Positions 47,821 to 60,616 are shown, numbered from the whole stretch's first letter. The stretch is 63,921 nt of DNA, filler included, from Diploschistes diacapsis (GCA_023645945.1; 17 parts of 17 records of this genome joined end to end with filler, not necessarily neighbours in it); one strand, 5' to 3'. Numbers and translations are program-made. The notes: generated by a model not told the origin, from the letters alone.

Positions 47821-50800
47821 ACCTAACGATGCTGGTATCAGCCTCATGTAATAGATGAAAGCCGAGCGTTCGCTCACTAGAGAAATGCATGCATCTAAAG
47901 CCTCTTATAATCTGCTCCCTACAAGTAGCTTTTAAGAATAAATACACGATTCTGTGATTCGGATTCTATAGGAAGCACTGGTAGATCTTATTATTTCCTT
48001 GACAACGTGTTCCGGCCTTCATCTTTGGTTCAGAGGAAGCCCAGTCGCTTTCTCTCTCAGATTTTCTCTCTGCTGAACGTTTTCTGCATTCCCCAAGAAG
48101 AATGGATCTGGTTGAAGTTGTTTTCTGTGAGATGGACATTTGTTTGGTAGAGCTTTCCCCAAGGGAGACCGAACTATCAGATTTCTGTCACCTTGTGGGA
48201 TGAATATGGTTGTGCTTTCCTCAGAAATATCGATTGGGGCAGTTCTCTGCAGAGGTAATTACAGAATGGCATATGCCACCTAATAGCTACCATATCATTG
48301 AATGGTTGGAGTTTCCAGAGTTTTTGCGCAATTGATTGTGCCAGCAACAAAAGTTCGATTGCTTTCTTTATATGCTTGCTCCATACCTTTAGCAATACTT
48401 CGGCTTCTCCAGCACAATCATCTTTCTGCCTACCGGCTGGACTTTGGGAAGAACACGATTACTTGTCAGGCTTCAGCTTCAGGATAGTTGTTGAGTATCA
48501 TTTGGAATCCATATCTGATCTCGGATCTATTCGCTCAAGAATATGAGGAGAATCTTCAGCTTTAGGACGAGACAAGCTTGAGACTGTTGGATCTGGATCT
48601 TGATCTTCTCAAATGCATTCCTACTTATCTCTGCAATCTTGACCACTGTATAGGTATCCTCCGTCGGACGCTTATGTGCCACGGTGATACTGGTCTATTC
48701 TTCTGCACCGATGTTGGGGGTTGACAATCTGTGGCACGTATATTAATAAATCACATGTGTCGAAACTTCTCCCAGGTCACAAAATAGGTGAACAAACATG
48801 GTATTGTATTAGGACTGTGTGCCGAGTTCGCATCTCAAATAAGATGATTCAGTTCTTGAATAGGGTATAATGGTGAGAAAACTATTCCTACGACCCATAT
48901 TCAAGACGGAGCCGTTTTGTCCTTTGGATATTTATTTATGTATGTAGAGTAAGCTGAAGCTATCGGGTGTCTAATATGGCTCTGTTGCTACTCGGCCATG
49001 TACCTGGCTGGGGGGTGAATATGTATATCTTCCCCACCCCAATGGATCGTTGGTGACAACTTTGTTCTTATCGATCTCATGCCGAATCCGTCTATTCCAT
49101 GCCCCCTGCTGAATTTTTTGAGGAATGCCGACATGTATGTGCAACCTCAGCAACGGCTTTCATGGTAACACCGAGCGACGTTCGAGCGAAGGTGGTGGGA
49201 GTGGGCGTCACTGCCGCACTGCAGGAGCCACCAGAATGTACCGCAGCTTATAAGTGCAAGGGCATGCTGAAGCTTACCATGATCGTTTATCGATACAATG
49301 ATCGGAATGCTCTATACCCATCAGATCGTCCGCATCAACACCACCATATATGCCCTTTCTGATAACCATCTTCTGGACAGGTCAGAGTTGCAGGCCCGCT
49401 AAGATGATCATACTAACCAAGCAACGAAGCGGATGGAAAACGGCTAGCTGAATTACGTATCCGCCTTCAGCATCCGGCATAGGAAGTGTTTTGTTTGTTC
49501 ATGGACCTAGCTTTGTCTGCACTGATTCTCGTGCTTCCATCTTTAACTGTGGATTATAACGGACAATGGTAATGGTGCTCGCACATCAAACATCTCTTCT
49601 GCCACGTTATGCCCACACAAAGGCTCGAGAGATGCTTCAGATCCATTATAAGACAAACTTGAAGGTTCCGAGGAGAGCTCCACATATCTTAAGTCGAATT
49701 TTTTTGAATCATCTAAAGCGTCTTTCGAGCTCTTGGGTGAGTATAAGGTGGTGGGAGAGACTTTTCAATGTGCCACCATCATTGATATCACCTGAAAGCT
49801 TAGGACCATCGGCATACAGTGCCGCCCAAACTTCATCTTTCTCCTCAGATCAGTCCCCTTGAAATGGCGATTTTCCAATATTAAAGACACTCGAAAAAAC
49901 CACGCGTTAAGTTTCTATGGCGGTCAAATCAGGTGCTATAGAAACAAGTATTGAGGTCAGTGGCTGTGAAAAAGTGTCTGGCCATATCCCGGAACTTACA
50001 ATATGTCAAAATTTGATATCGCAATGTCTTTGAAAACAACAGTCTCCAAGCAGCGATCACGTTCGCAGCCAAAGAAAGAAGAAGCATGACTTTCTTCCAG
50101 CAAATTCTCCTAAGAAGGCCATGCGGTGTTTGACCTCTTCTCGTTACTGAATCGATCATATCTGGGGCTTCATTTATCCATCAAGGTACTGGACTTCGCC
50201 CCCAAATTCCTCAGATGCAAATACTGGCATGTGTTTATTGCTATCCATAGTGCTTCGTGGGGGGGAAAAATTGGTTTGATATCTTTTGTTCTATGGAACT
50301 GTCAAGACATGCAATCCTATCATCAAGTTAAAGCGAGGAGCATAGATAATAATGGGGGCTTCGTAGCGACGGTACCATATAGTGACCAATACTATATGTA
50401 TATATTGCAGATTTCAACACCTTAGAACAACCAATCTTCCTACACCTACCATTGTTCGGTTTCAGCTCCCATATAATCCAAGAAACAAAAGTAAGACTGC
50501 CCATACTTCAAGCAATAGTTTTGATTAAGAATCATCCTTCAAGATGAAGCTAGTGATGACTCTTACGGCTTTGATCGTTGGCACAATGTCCTCGCCATCG
50601 TTCCCTCTCTCGATACAGCGGTATAGTTACAGTTGCCAGATTCTGAGAACATATTGACAGCGGTCGGCGGGACCGGCACCGAAGGCACAGGGGCGACATC
50701 TGACTCCGAGTGCGAGGAAGAACCGGACAATGGTGCCACCGTCTATCACTACAGCACCCCACACCAGTGAGTATCCAAGTACGGACTCTACCCCCCTAAG

Positions 50801-51949
50801 AAAGGGCAACGACCATGATGCCGCACTCGATCAGCACAGCACCACCGAACTGCGGATATCCAGCTCCCAGCCTGTCAAAGAGGGGAGCGGTATTGCCGAT
50901 CACTGGGTATGTAATTTACTGGCGCTAATCGACTTGGGGGTTCAGTATTGACATGCCTTAAGTTGCCTACTGGTCCAAATTATCTCGATGCGACTGCCCT
51001 GGAGGAAGGTTACCATGCACATTTCGTCGCTGTGCAAGATTCAAAACCTTCTGGCCGAAGCCAGAAGTCCCTTTCGTGAAGCGCTTTTTCACTTTGCGAG
51101 AGTCGTCCGTCACAGCTGCTTCAGATTCAAGCAGGACTTGTTGACAAGTAGTGGAGTGGGTAACGGCTTAATCGAGTTGGCATGCAAGCCAGAATGTTTA
51201 GCAATAAATATTCTTGTGAAAGTTGCCGACTTGATTAACGTCTCTAACAGAAAAAAGTCCTATGCAAAAAACCTGGCATTTACTATCCTTGTAGAATTAA
51301 TAGAAGCATGCTCTGCCTACGTTTTTCCCCGAATTCATTCTTTTTGCTAGGGTAGCGACTAGCAGCTGTGAAAGAAAAGATTACTCTATTTCGCGAAGAT
51401 GTTTGATCCTAGCCTTGCGAACCATTTCCTTAAGCCGTGTCTAAGTGTGGTCTCGCGCGTATATATATCTGTTTAGAACAATACTGGCACAATCCAGTAT
51501 TGTTGGTCTTTTTGGGCTATGTGGCCTAGCGGTACTAAACTGGTGCTTTGGTAACATCACATAAGGCTTTTGACAAGTAGAAGAACCCTCCTCCTGCCTA
51601 AAGCTTGCCGGATTTTTTACGCTCCTTTTTGCAAGGAAGGATCGATCCAGGGGGCATCCAATAAGTTAAAATGTGGTTTTAAGCTAAATTCGTGTTTTGG
51701 CGCGCGCTGGGCTGCACCCACGTTAGTTGAACTTCCCGCAAGCGAGCGAAAAAGAAATACCATCTCCCTACTTCCCCATCATTCCGCTCTCGCCAACCGA
51801 AAAAAGATTTACCTCCTTCCCCCACACCTACGTCCAAATCCTCCTCCCCTATATCCCTTGCCCAAAAAAAAAACTCCTCTTCTACCCCACCTCCTATTCC
51901 CATCTGCCCCCTAGTTTCCTCAAACACCCAAAACACCAAAACAAGAGCA

Positions 51950-52107
51950 ATGGCCTCCGCAGCCCCCAGGGTAACCCACCTCATCTCCCCCCTCCTCGAC
52001 CCCGTCTTCGCCGTCTTCGTCGGCGTCTCGGCCGCCGCCATGCGCATCCGGCGCGAGGAGAAGGAGCAGGGGAGAAGCGCGGAGGAGACGTGGGAGATTT
52101 TGCGGCG
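51950..52107 (+). CDS. NCE101: Non-classical export protein 1 (NCE101 family), exon 1; 3'-partial
   Basis: MASAAPRVTHLISPLLDPVFAVFVGVSAAAMRIRREEKEQGR matches the LIS..LDP.FA..IG..A...R..REE family pattern. Donor GTGTGT at 52108; the contig ends inside the intron. Confidence 0.8.
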
Positions 52108-52499
52108 GTGTGTTGCGCTTCCTTTCCCACCGTTTCCTTGTTGCTGTTTTTTTTTTTTTTTTTTGGATTCCGGGTGATTGGGGAGGGGGGGGGNNNNNNN
52201 NNNNNNNNNNNNNNNNNNNNNNNNNNNNNNNNNNNNNTTAATTAATTAANNNNNNNNNNNNNNNNNNNNNNNNNNNNNNNNNNNNNNNNNNNNGAGGGGG
52301 GGGTGGCCCAGATGACCGTGAAATACGTTATTAACGAAGATCGAAAGGTCTTAACGGCGGAACTAACGTTGCGGTTAGATTTCGAAGGTGGTCGAAGAAT
52401 CGATTAGGGTTAGTAGTAATAAGTAACGGTTCTATTAGATTTCGAAAATTGACGAAAAATTAAAAAGTGTTAGCGTGATTTAGCTGAATGTCGATTATT

Positions 52500-52953
52500 A
52501 TCGGAGTAAAATGTTATGCAAACTAAAATTTACGAAATAGTCGTTAACGAGATTACGACGTTTAAAACAGCGTTACTATATTACGAAATATAACGTCTTT
52601 ATTAAAGATAATCGGTCTTAATCAAAAAGATATTTAAATAAATTAATATACTAAATAATTTCGTTTATAAGGAAGTATTAAGCAGATAAACGGAAGATAT
52701 AATTATAAACTCGGCTTGTTTAAAAAATTTACTGGAAGAACCCGGGAAGTTTAGTTCAGATGAACTTATCGAGATTCAGTTCAGTTCAGTTTAGCTAAAC
52801 CTTATAAAATCCGGTAAAATCCTAACTAGACCGATCAAGTATAATGTAAGCAGTAGGGCTTAGCGAATCCCGTGAGGTATAAAAGTCTGCACAGTAAAAT
52901 ACTTCCTGGGACCAGACCACTAGACTTCAATATATCCATTACGTTGCCAAACA
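52500..52953 (+). mobile_element. Copia 3' end: RNase H relic, PPT and 3' LTR (52676-52953)
   Basis: Homologous to 28800-29191. The LTR ends with an unmutated GTTGCCAAACA and abuts a pogo transposase. Confidence 0.7.
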
Positions 52954-53661
52954 ATTATAATGACACTTTAAACTATTAAATAAGACTTAAATCTTAATAT
53001 AAAACGCGCATTATAGATCTATAAAATTCCTTATACGACGCTTATTACTCGACGCGATAATCGTATTTCAAGATACGATATCTTAATTAACTTAATAAAT
53101 TTAATTTTATTAATTAAAAAGATGATTCTTAAACGTACGACTAATTTAATCGAATATGATTTTCCGTCGCGATAGAATGACATACGTAATATAGCTAATT
53201 TAATACACGTAACTCGAAATACGCGGTCGGTCGAACCACGATAGATATAAAATTTCATAAGACAAAAAATGCTTAAAATGCGATTCTAACGTAAAATCGA
53301 TTATCAGAAAGTATTAACTAAAGATTCACGAATTATACGAAATTAATTCGACCTCGTACGTGACGTGATTGATAAATATAATATTCTCGATTCGAATATC
53401 TATAATTTCGACGAAATCGACTTTCTTATGGGAATATTAGGCCATATAAAGGTCGTAATTACTACAACAATAGATTTCGTACGAAGCAACCCGATAATCG
53501 AGAATGGGTTTTAATTATTTAGGTTATCTACGCGGACGATTATACGCTACCTTCGTAGGCGATTATAAAGGACAAATGTCACCTGCTTTCTTAGTATTAA
53601 AACGGCAATTTACCCGATATATAACGCGTACGACCGAATAAAAACGGATAGACTATTAATA
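52954..53661 (+). pseudogene. pogo/Fot1 DDE transposase, RIP-inactivated
   Basis: HTH region ..IK*DLNLNIKRAL*IYKIP.TTL.TRR, then IYNFDEIDFLMG and QPDNREWVLII*VIYAD (NFDETGF and PGNREW motifs). Paralog at 61906-62458. Confidence 0.88.
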
Positions 53662-54215
53662 NNNNNNNNNNNNNNNNNNNNNNNNNNNNNNNNNNNNNNN
53701 NNNNNTTAATTAATTAANNNNNNNNNNNNNNNNNNNNNNNNNNNNNNNNNNNNNNNNNNNNCTTATATATTAATTATCACGCTCATTTCTTACGCTCGTA
53801 TATAATTATAGAATTAAATTAAACCTAAAATTAAAAAATAATATAACGCCGCATTTATAATTATAAAAGCCAATAATAAACTAATTAAAATAAGAAAAAA
53901 AAAGATAAAAAACTAAAAAAATAAATATAACAAATAATCGTAATTTACGAAAAACAATCCCGTAATAATAAATTAATTATTTAAAAGCAATAAATACGAA
54001 GAAATAATAAAAAATACGGAATTAAATGAAGAAATATTATTAATATGGTATCCTAATCCGGCTCCTTTTCTAAATCTTAAAAAATAAATACGTTATCTCG
54101 AAAAAATTAAATTTATTATATTAAACCGTATCTTTTCTTTTTTAAATTTATCGAAAAAGGCCCGTCATATTAAACCCGATAGTAGATCGTAAGAATTAAA
54201 TATGATAATTATAAG

Positions 54216-54363
54216 TAGGCTGGCCGTTTCGTGCCACGGTCACTGACACGGACACTACAGCAAAAATTTTTAAAACACGGACACTGACACGGACACGACA
54301 GCTAAAATTTTAAAACACGGATATTAACACGGACACTATATTGCAGTAAAAGCACGGACACGG
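54216..54363 (+). mobile_element. hAT-like element left end, interrupted by a Gypsy LTR
   Basis: Near-identical to 23636-23782. Confidence 0.65.
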
Positions 54364-54833
54364 TGTTATGATCTCTATCTATATAAGGTATACACGAGTA
54401 GGATCAAGGTAGGTTTGGTCTCTGTTAGAAAAGGAATGTGGCAGAAGAAGAAGATAGAGCAGTTACAGGTCTTAGACTATCTCTAAAAAAAAAATTCTAA
54501 AATAATAAAAGTAACGAATATAAATTAATCCCGAATAATAACTCAAAATATCTATAAAAGTAAACACGCCCTCTTTCACGAAAATAAAATCGTACTTATA
54601 TATAATTAACTCGCTCGCCGTTTATTATAAATCTAATAAACGGTGCCTCTAAAGCTTACCGCTCACAAGAATAAGCGCGACCGTCGAGCGGTAACGATAG
54701 CCTATTCGCCGCTCACGAGAATGAACATAAATAATGAGCGCACTACGTGACCTTTAGTCCCGTAATTAACCTATATATAAAACTGGAACGTGCTAAGTCT
54801 GATATTTAGATCGTAATACTATCCCTTTCTTTC
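54364..54833 (-). mobile_element. Gypsy 3' LTR (54364-54818, 455 bp, variant B) with polypurine tract (54819-54833)
   Basis: On the minus strand GAAAGAAAGGGATAG immediately precedes TATTACGATC (RIP form of TGTTACGATC); the LTR ends GATCATAACA. Confidence 0.82.
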
Positions 54834-54912
54834 AACATTATCGGCCCGATGATTCGCCGAAGGGTCTAACATAAATATTAAATAAAAAAAATTTTTAAAT
54901 CGTGGAATAACG

Positions 54913-55129
54913 ATGTTTCTTCTAACTTCTTACAACCGATCCGTCGAACGAATCTAACTTTTTCGTTCTATCGCTCGTTATAAAATCCTTACTACTTCTT
55001 TCTATAAATATTGTTTTTTTAACGATAAATTCTATTTCATTATACTATTTAATTCTAAAGTTTTAAAATGTTCGAAATATATACGCCGTGATCATCCTTA
55101 TATGGAAATATTATGAGCTCGCTTAGAAC
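54913..55129 (+). pseudogene. RIP-mutated ORF with Zn(II)2Cys6-like spacing, antisense within the Gypsy 3' region
   Basis: From ATG 54913, codons 31/34/41/53/56/63 are TAT, TGT, TAT, TGT, TAT, TAT. Reverting TAT to TGT gives C-x2-C-x6-C-x11-C-x2-C-x6-C. The stops TAA and TGA revert to CAA and TGG. Confidence 0.6.
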
Positions 55130-55229
55130 NNNNNNNNNNNNNNNNNNNNNNNNNNNNNNNNNNNNNNNNNNNNTTAATTAATTAANNNNNNNNNNNNNNN
55201 NNNNNNNNNNNNNNNNNNNNNNNNNNNNN

Positions 55230-55350
55230 GAGACAGGTTTAAGACCTATAACTGCTCTATCTTCTTTTCCTGCCACACTCCTCTTCTAACAGAGACCAAA
55301 TCCACCTTGATCTTACTCGTGTATACCTTGTATAGATAGAGATCATAACA
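55230..55350 (+). mobile_element. Gypsy LTR 3' end
   Basis: Ends TAGATAGAGATCATAACA; matches 25447-25551. Confidence 0.8.
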
Positions 55351-55613
55351 ATCTTGCTTGACGGATATTAGGATATGGTTTGATGGTTGAAATTTATTAA
55401 TAAGAAGCATCTTCAGCTATTAAATTTGGTTTGATTGCTAAATTGTTTGAATTAGACCATACGAACCACCCTTAATAGCAAATATAGATCGGTTATTAAA
55501 AAACTTGACTTTAAATTGCATAATCTGCTAATCTGTTTTCTTAGTTATCTTTAGAAAGATCTAGTATGATTAATAGTATACCTCTTTTACCGATTCCTCA
55601 ACCCTTTACGTTA

Positions 55614-56596
55614 ACGTGTTTCACGGGGATTCCGGCCACCCCCAGATTCCGGCCACCTCAAATCACTACCGCCAACATTCTACGGTTTTTAAATACAACC
55701 TGTTCGTCGCAATCAGAATCTAATCGATCTAAATCGAATCTATTTTCCTCCTTTTCATCCTTCTCGATTTTAGAAACGCGACGACGTTTTTTACGCGTTA
55801 TAAATCGTTTCGAAATTATCCGATTCGATTTAACCCGAATTATTATTTTAAGAACTTCGTCTATATTAAACATAAAACGACCTTTTAATTCGATTCGTTT
55901 ATTTAATTTACGTTTTTTACGATTATTAAGAAGCGTTTTTTGTTCTCGGTTTTCTTTACGAAGCGTTATAAATTTAATATACATCGATTTAAGCATACGG
56001 GTTATTCGACTCGAATAACGTCGAATCGGGTTGGCTAATTCTGAAACGGCTCGTAACGCCTGATTAAACTCTTTATTGGCCTTACGTAGTTCGGTCGCAT
56101 TTAGTGAAGAGCTATATAACAAGAATAAATCCAAATCGAATTGATTCGTGGTTAAAAGAGGGCTGTAAGATAGAAGTGAAAAGGTCCGATAGATCGAATA
56201 AAACTTATTAAACACGGTTATAGAATTAATAAACTATAATTTAATATTTATAAAGTCTGCCTAAGCGTTTCGACTCGTAACAGCTCGATTCCGAGTTATT
56301 AAAAATAATTCAATTTATTCCGAACGTGCCATACGCGATCCATTTAATCGAGTAATATAATCCGTTTCTTACGCCAACGCGTTTTTTAACGGCGAAAACA
56401 CTGCGACATCGAATGATTAAAAAAGATAAGAATTATACGATAATAATATTATTAAATCGATTCGATTAGACATATAAAAACGAATAATATTAGCGATAAT
56501 ATAATTATTATAACCGTTTATAATTAAATAAACGACGCGTTTCGGGTATATTCGATCTAATTAAAAGTTTAAAAATATGTATAAATTATTAATAAC
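55614..56596 (-). mobile_element. pogo/Fot1-like element 3' half: TIR plus RIP-mutated transposase C-terminus
   Basis: TA|ACGTGTTTCACGGG followed by a doubled GATTCCGGCCACC TIR motif. The minus strand reads *SFDVAVFSPLKNAL (QPLDV..F.PLK) and has a basic coiled-coil C-terminus. Confidence 0.82.
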
Positions 56597-56696
56597 NNNN
56601 NNNNNNNNNNNNNNNNNNNNNNNNNNNNNNNNNNNNNNNNTTAATTAATTAANNNNNNNNNNNNNNNNNNNNNNNNNNNNNNNNNNNNNNNNNNNN

Positions 56697-57700
56697 TTCT
56701 AAAGTCGAGCTTCTTTAATTAACTATCTTGATAACTCGAATCGCATAATTTCTATCGTTAGTTATCTCGAAGGCTAATCGAAGCTATTTTTTAAATTTTA
56801 TGAAGTTTTTAAATATTTCGTAACTATTTTTTTGGCTTTTTAAATATACGTCGAGATAAGGTTTTATTTATGTCAGTACGCGGTCACGTATAAATCCTAC
56901 GGCGAAGATTATTCGTTTCTTTTATTCGTCTGTGATGTGCGCGTTCTAGTAGAAGTATATTAAAAATTGGAATATCTAGTATTCTAATTTCTTTCGGTTT
57001 TTATAAAACGTTATTAATTTTATAACTTTTATAATAAATTCTTTATACGATTTATCTTCGTTAAATTTATCGTTATTTCCAGGATCGTCGCCTTTAGCTT
57101 CCGCAGTATCCGTTATCAGGACGTCGGTTTCTCTTAATAACGTTACCGCCCTAAATGTTCGAAATAATACGGATTTAATTATCGATAGCGATCGCCCGGT
57201 TATACTATTAATAATACTCATTCTTGAGTATATTTAAGTGTTATGATTTCTATCTATATAAGATATACACGAGTAGGATTAAGGTAGGTTTAGTCTTTAT
57301 TAAAAGAGGAATATAGCAGGAAAAAAAGATAGAGCAGTTATAGATCTTAGACTGTCTTTAGAAAGAAAGCTTTTTAATAATAGAGATAACGAATATAGAT
57401 TGGTCCCGAGCAATAGCTAAGGATATTTATAAAAATAAATATACCGAACAAAGGCATGTTTAAGAAAAAAACTATATACCTAAATTTCTTATAAAGCACC
57501 AATGCCAGCTCCCTGTGCTTTACCAAAGCGAAAGAAGCGCCGGTGATAGTTCTTATAAAACAGAAGGAGCGTCGCTTATTGCTCCCACCGAGCGCATAGA
57601 ACGGCGCCGCTCGTTCCAACAACTCACGTGACCCGAACGTCAGTGAGTGTTTCTTAGTGAGTGGCTGGGACGTGACAGGCCAGCAGCCTGGATCGTAACA
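56697..57700 (-). mobile_element. Gypsy 5' LTR (57239-57700, variant C) plus gag relic
   Basis: 56822-57238 is homologous to 25552-25971 (TDTAEAKGDDPGNNDKFNEDKSYKE...FYKNRKKLEY). The LTR has TGTTACGATCC / AATCATAACA termini. Confidence 0.82.
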
Positions 57701-57769
57701 ACGGACACCGCAGCTAAAAAATCTAAAACACGGATACAGACACTGTCAGTGTCAGTGACGGCCCGCCTA
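57701..57769 (+). mobile_element. hAT-like element right end
   Basis: ACACGG motifs ending ACGGCCCGCCTA, the inverted complement (11/12) of the left end TAGGCTGGCCGT. Confidence 0.6.
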
Positions 57770-57774
57770 GTTTT

Positions 57775-57887
57775 TTTAAAGCATATAAAACGGCGTCGCT
57801 TGTTTTAACAACTCACGTGACCACTGTCCACGCGAGGTTCCTAGTGAGTGGCTGGGACGTGACAGGTGGAGTACCTGGATCGTAACA
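57775..57887 (-). mobile_element. Partial Gypsy LTR variant C
   Basis: Repeats 57590-57700 (AACAACTCACGTGACC...GTGAGTGGCTGGGACGTGACAGG...GGATCGTAACA). Confidence 0.75.
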
Positions 57888-58238
57888 CGAATCTAGTTAC
57901 TTTTATATTATAAGATGTTTTAACCGTAAATATATAATATTATTTTAATTATAAAGAAGCATAATGTTTTTTTTATAAAAAACACGCGTTTTATCACGAT
58001 ATAATTTATATAATTCGTACAAATATACTACCCGTATATATTCGTAACCCTATAATATTAAGNNNNNNNNNNNNNNNNNNNNNNNNNNNNNNNNNNNNNN
58101 NNNNNNTTAATTAATTAANNNNNNNNNNNNNNNNNNNNNNNNNNNNNNNNNNNNNNNNNNNNTTATTAATATCGCTATTAATCATAAGTTCTAAAGTAAC
58201 GGTATTTCTAAACAAACGATTAACAAATAAGAAACATA

Positions 58239-59072
58239 CCAGTCACGTGCCAAAAGTAATGGTCCCTACCTAAATTATAGTAGACATCACCAACTTTAGA
58301 GATGCGATGCGCACCCAAATAATGTCCTACAAATGCGCTTTTTAGATCATTTTGATGCCCTTTATTTGTAGTATCTATTAATACTTTGTTTATTACCCCT
58401 ACGCGTCGTATACAGCCTGAATTCGCGTAAACATCGAGTAGATTAATCGAGCAGGCAAATCCTACTCCCTATCTGCCGTAATTTAACCAAATGCCTCGAT
58501 AATAGCAGCTTTTAAAGCCTGTTTCTTATTATCCTTATTTTTACGCATTGTTTTAAGCTCTGGATAAAGCCGAAATACCTTCTCTTTTAATTTAGGTTAA
58601 AAATGCTCTATAGCGTTCAAATCTAGACTATATGGTGAATAATCGAGAACCCAGACGCCGAGACTTTCTAAAAGCGTTTTAGCAACGTTTGCAGTGTGTA
58701 TAGAAGCATTATCCTGCAAAAAATCTTGCCTAGGTTCGTAGATTTAGGGCAAAATATGTTTTAGTAAAGTATAATAAACTTCGGCGGTAGCACTTCGTCT
58801 ATTTATGTAATAATCTTCGAAGAAATATTACACGACGCGTCCATCGGTTTTCATACCAGCCCAAAACATGATACTTTCTTTATTTTTAGCCGTTTTTGCT
58901 AGGTGATCGGGAAGCCATTATTCTCCTATATATCTCTATACCCATTTTCGTACTTTATTATTTCCTATTATTATAAAGCACTCGTCGGTGAACCAAATAT
59001 TAGTAAAATCCTTAGCGCGCCAAGTTCGGTGTATTCGGGAGTGCTTCAAACGTTTTTCCGTATCTTCAGGCT
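58239..59072 (-). mobile_element. Tc1-like DD34E transposon 3' half (pseudogenised transposase + TIR)
   Basis: Minus strand: IWFTDEC, IMFWAG, FLQDNASIHTA, SPYSLDLNAIEHF* and terminal TKY* (58378). D at 58711-13 to E at 58606-08 gives 34 intervening residues. TA|CCAGTCACGTGCCAAAAGTAAT is TIR-like. Confidence 0.9.
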
Positions 59073-59528
59073 TGTTACGATCCAAGTACCAGACTTGGCA
59101 CGTCCCAGCTTTGTTATATATAGGCCAGTCACGGGACGGGAGGTCACGTGATGTGCTTATTACTCGCGCTTATTCTCGTAAGCGGCGAGCAGGTTTTCGC
59201 CATCGCTCGATAATCGCGTTTATTCTCGTAAGCGGCGAGCTTCGAAGGTACCGCTCGCTGAATTTATAATAAACGGCGAGCGAGTGTTATGATCTCTATC
59301 TATACAAGATATACACGAGTAGGATCAAGATGGGTTTAATCTCTATTAAAAAAAAAGTGTGATAGAAAAAGAAGATAAAACAATCACAGGTCTTAGACTA
59401 TCTCTAATAAAAAGGCTCTAAAATGATAAAAATAACGAATATAAATTGATCCCGAACAATAATTTAAGATATCTATAAAAATAAACACGCCCTAGATTCA
59501 TAAAGGCTATAACGACGTTCTTATATAA
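59073..59528. mobile_element. Gypsy LTR variant B (+, 59073-59284) interrupted by a second Gypsy LTR (-, 59285-59528)
   Basis: TGTTACGATCCAAGTACCAG... matches the reverse complement of 54600-54818. TGTTATGATCTCTATC at 59285 matches 54364. Confidence 0.8.
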
Positions 59529-60382
59529 NNNNNNNNNNNNNNNNNNNNNNNNNNNNNNNNNNNNNNNNNNNNTTAATTAATTAANNNNNNNNNNNNNNNN
59601 NNNNNNNNNNNNNNNNNNNNNNNNNNNNGAACGAGGACGACGAGAAGGAACTCGATCCGACGGATAATCTAAATCTAAGTATAAAAAAAATAAAAGCATT
59701 GCGAGTAAAGAAAAAAAAATAAAAGGAAAGATTTACGGATATTAACGATACTACCTTCCTAAAAAAGGAAATTAATAGTTTAAAGAAAGACGAAGTCGTT
59801 CCGGTCGAGGGTTATATAATTAGAAATCGGGCACAGACGTTAGCATTATAGGATCTTAAGGGTTTATAATAGGATAAAAGTATTATCTACTTATTTAGTA
59901 CTTTCTTGCTAACAGATTTTTTATATGATTGATTTTCCCGCTTGGTGCTTTCTTGCTTACTTATTGTTTGTGTATTGACCTGCTTACCTGCTATCCTGCT
60001 TGCTTGCTTACTGCTGCCTGCTCGAGAGGGGTGACGAAGGAAGAGATGGAAGAAAGGAAAGAGAAGGACGTGCTGCTAGTTATACTTATTGGACGGAGCA
60101 TTTACGGATGATATAAATACGATCGGAGATGGAAGTATCTTTAAATAAGTACCGCTTTTCTGTCTAGATATGTTTAAGAAAGTAAAATACAGAAAGATAG
60201 GTCCAAAGGCACGGCTACGTCGAGAAAGGAGTATTAAAAATGATAAACTTCTGGGTATTTCAGTTACCGGAGAAATATAGGACTATATTGGGGTATAAAG
60301 ATAACGGGATAAAGATTTTCTATTAAAAAGTCTTGTGTAGAATTCGTTATGGGACAGCGAATTATTAAAAAAAGGATCGTAT

Positions 60383-60616
60383 ATAAACATAAAAATAGGC
60401 GGTAGACTTAATAAAGGTAATCCCTACAAGATAACTTTATTTAAAAAGGCCTGCTAGGTAGTTCTAGATAATCAATACATCCTATACCTCACAAATGTTT
60501 TACCTAGGTATGCTGTTGACTACGAAATCACACTACATTCCCCTACTACCCCACCTACGACTATCTACCTACTACAGCAAGGGAAGTCTCCCTAGACAGC
60601 GCGCCTTGTGTTTATA
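60383..60616 (+). mobile_element. ~234-bp 3' LTR of the third LTR family
   Basis: Reverse complement of 24591-24825; preceded by the A-rich purine tract AAAAAAAAGGATCG. Confidence 0.7.
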
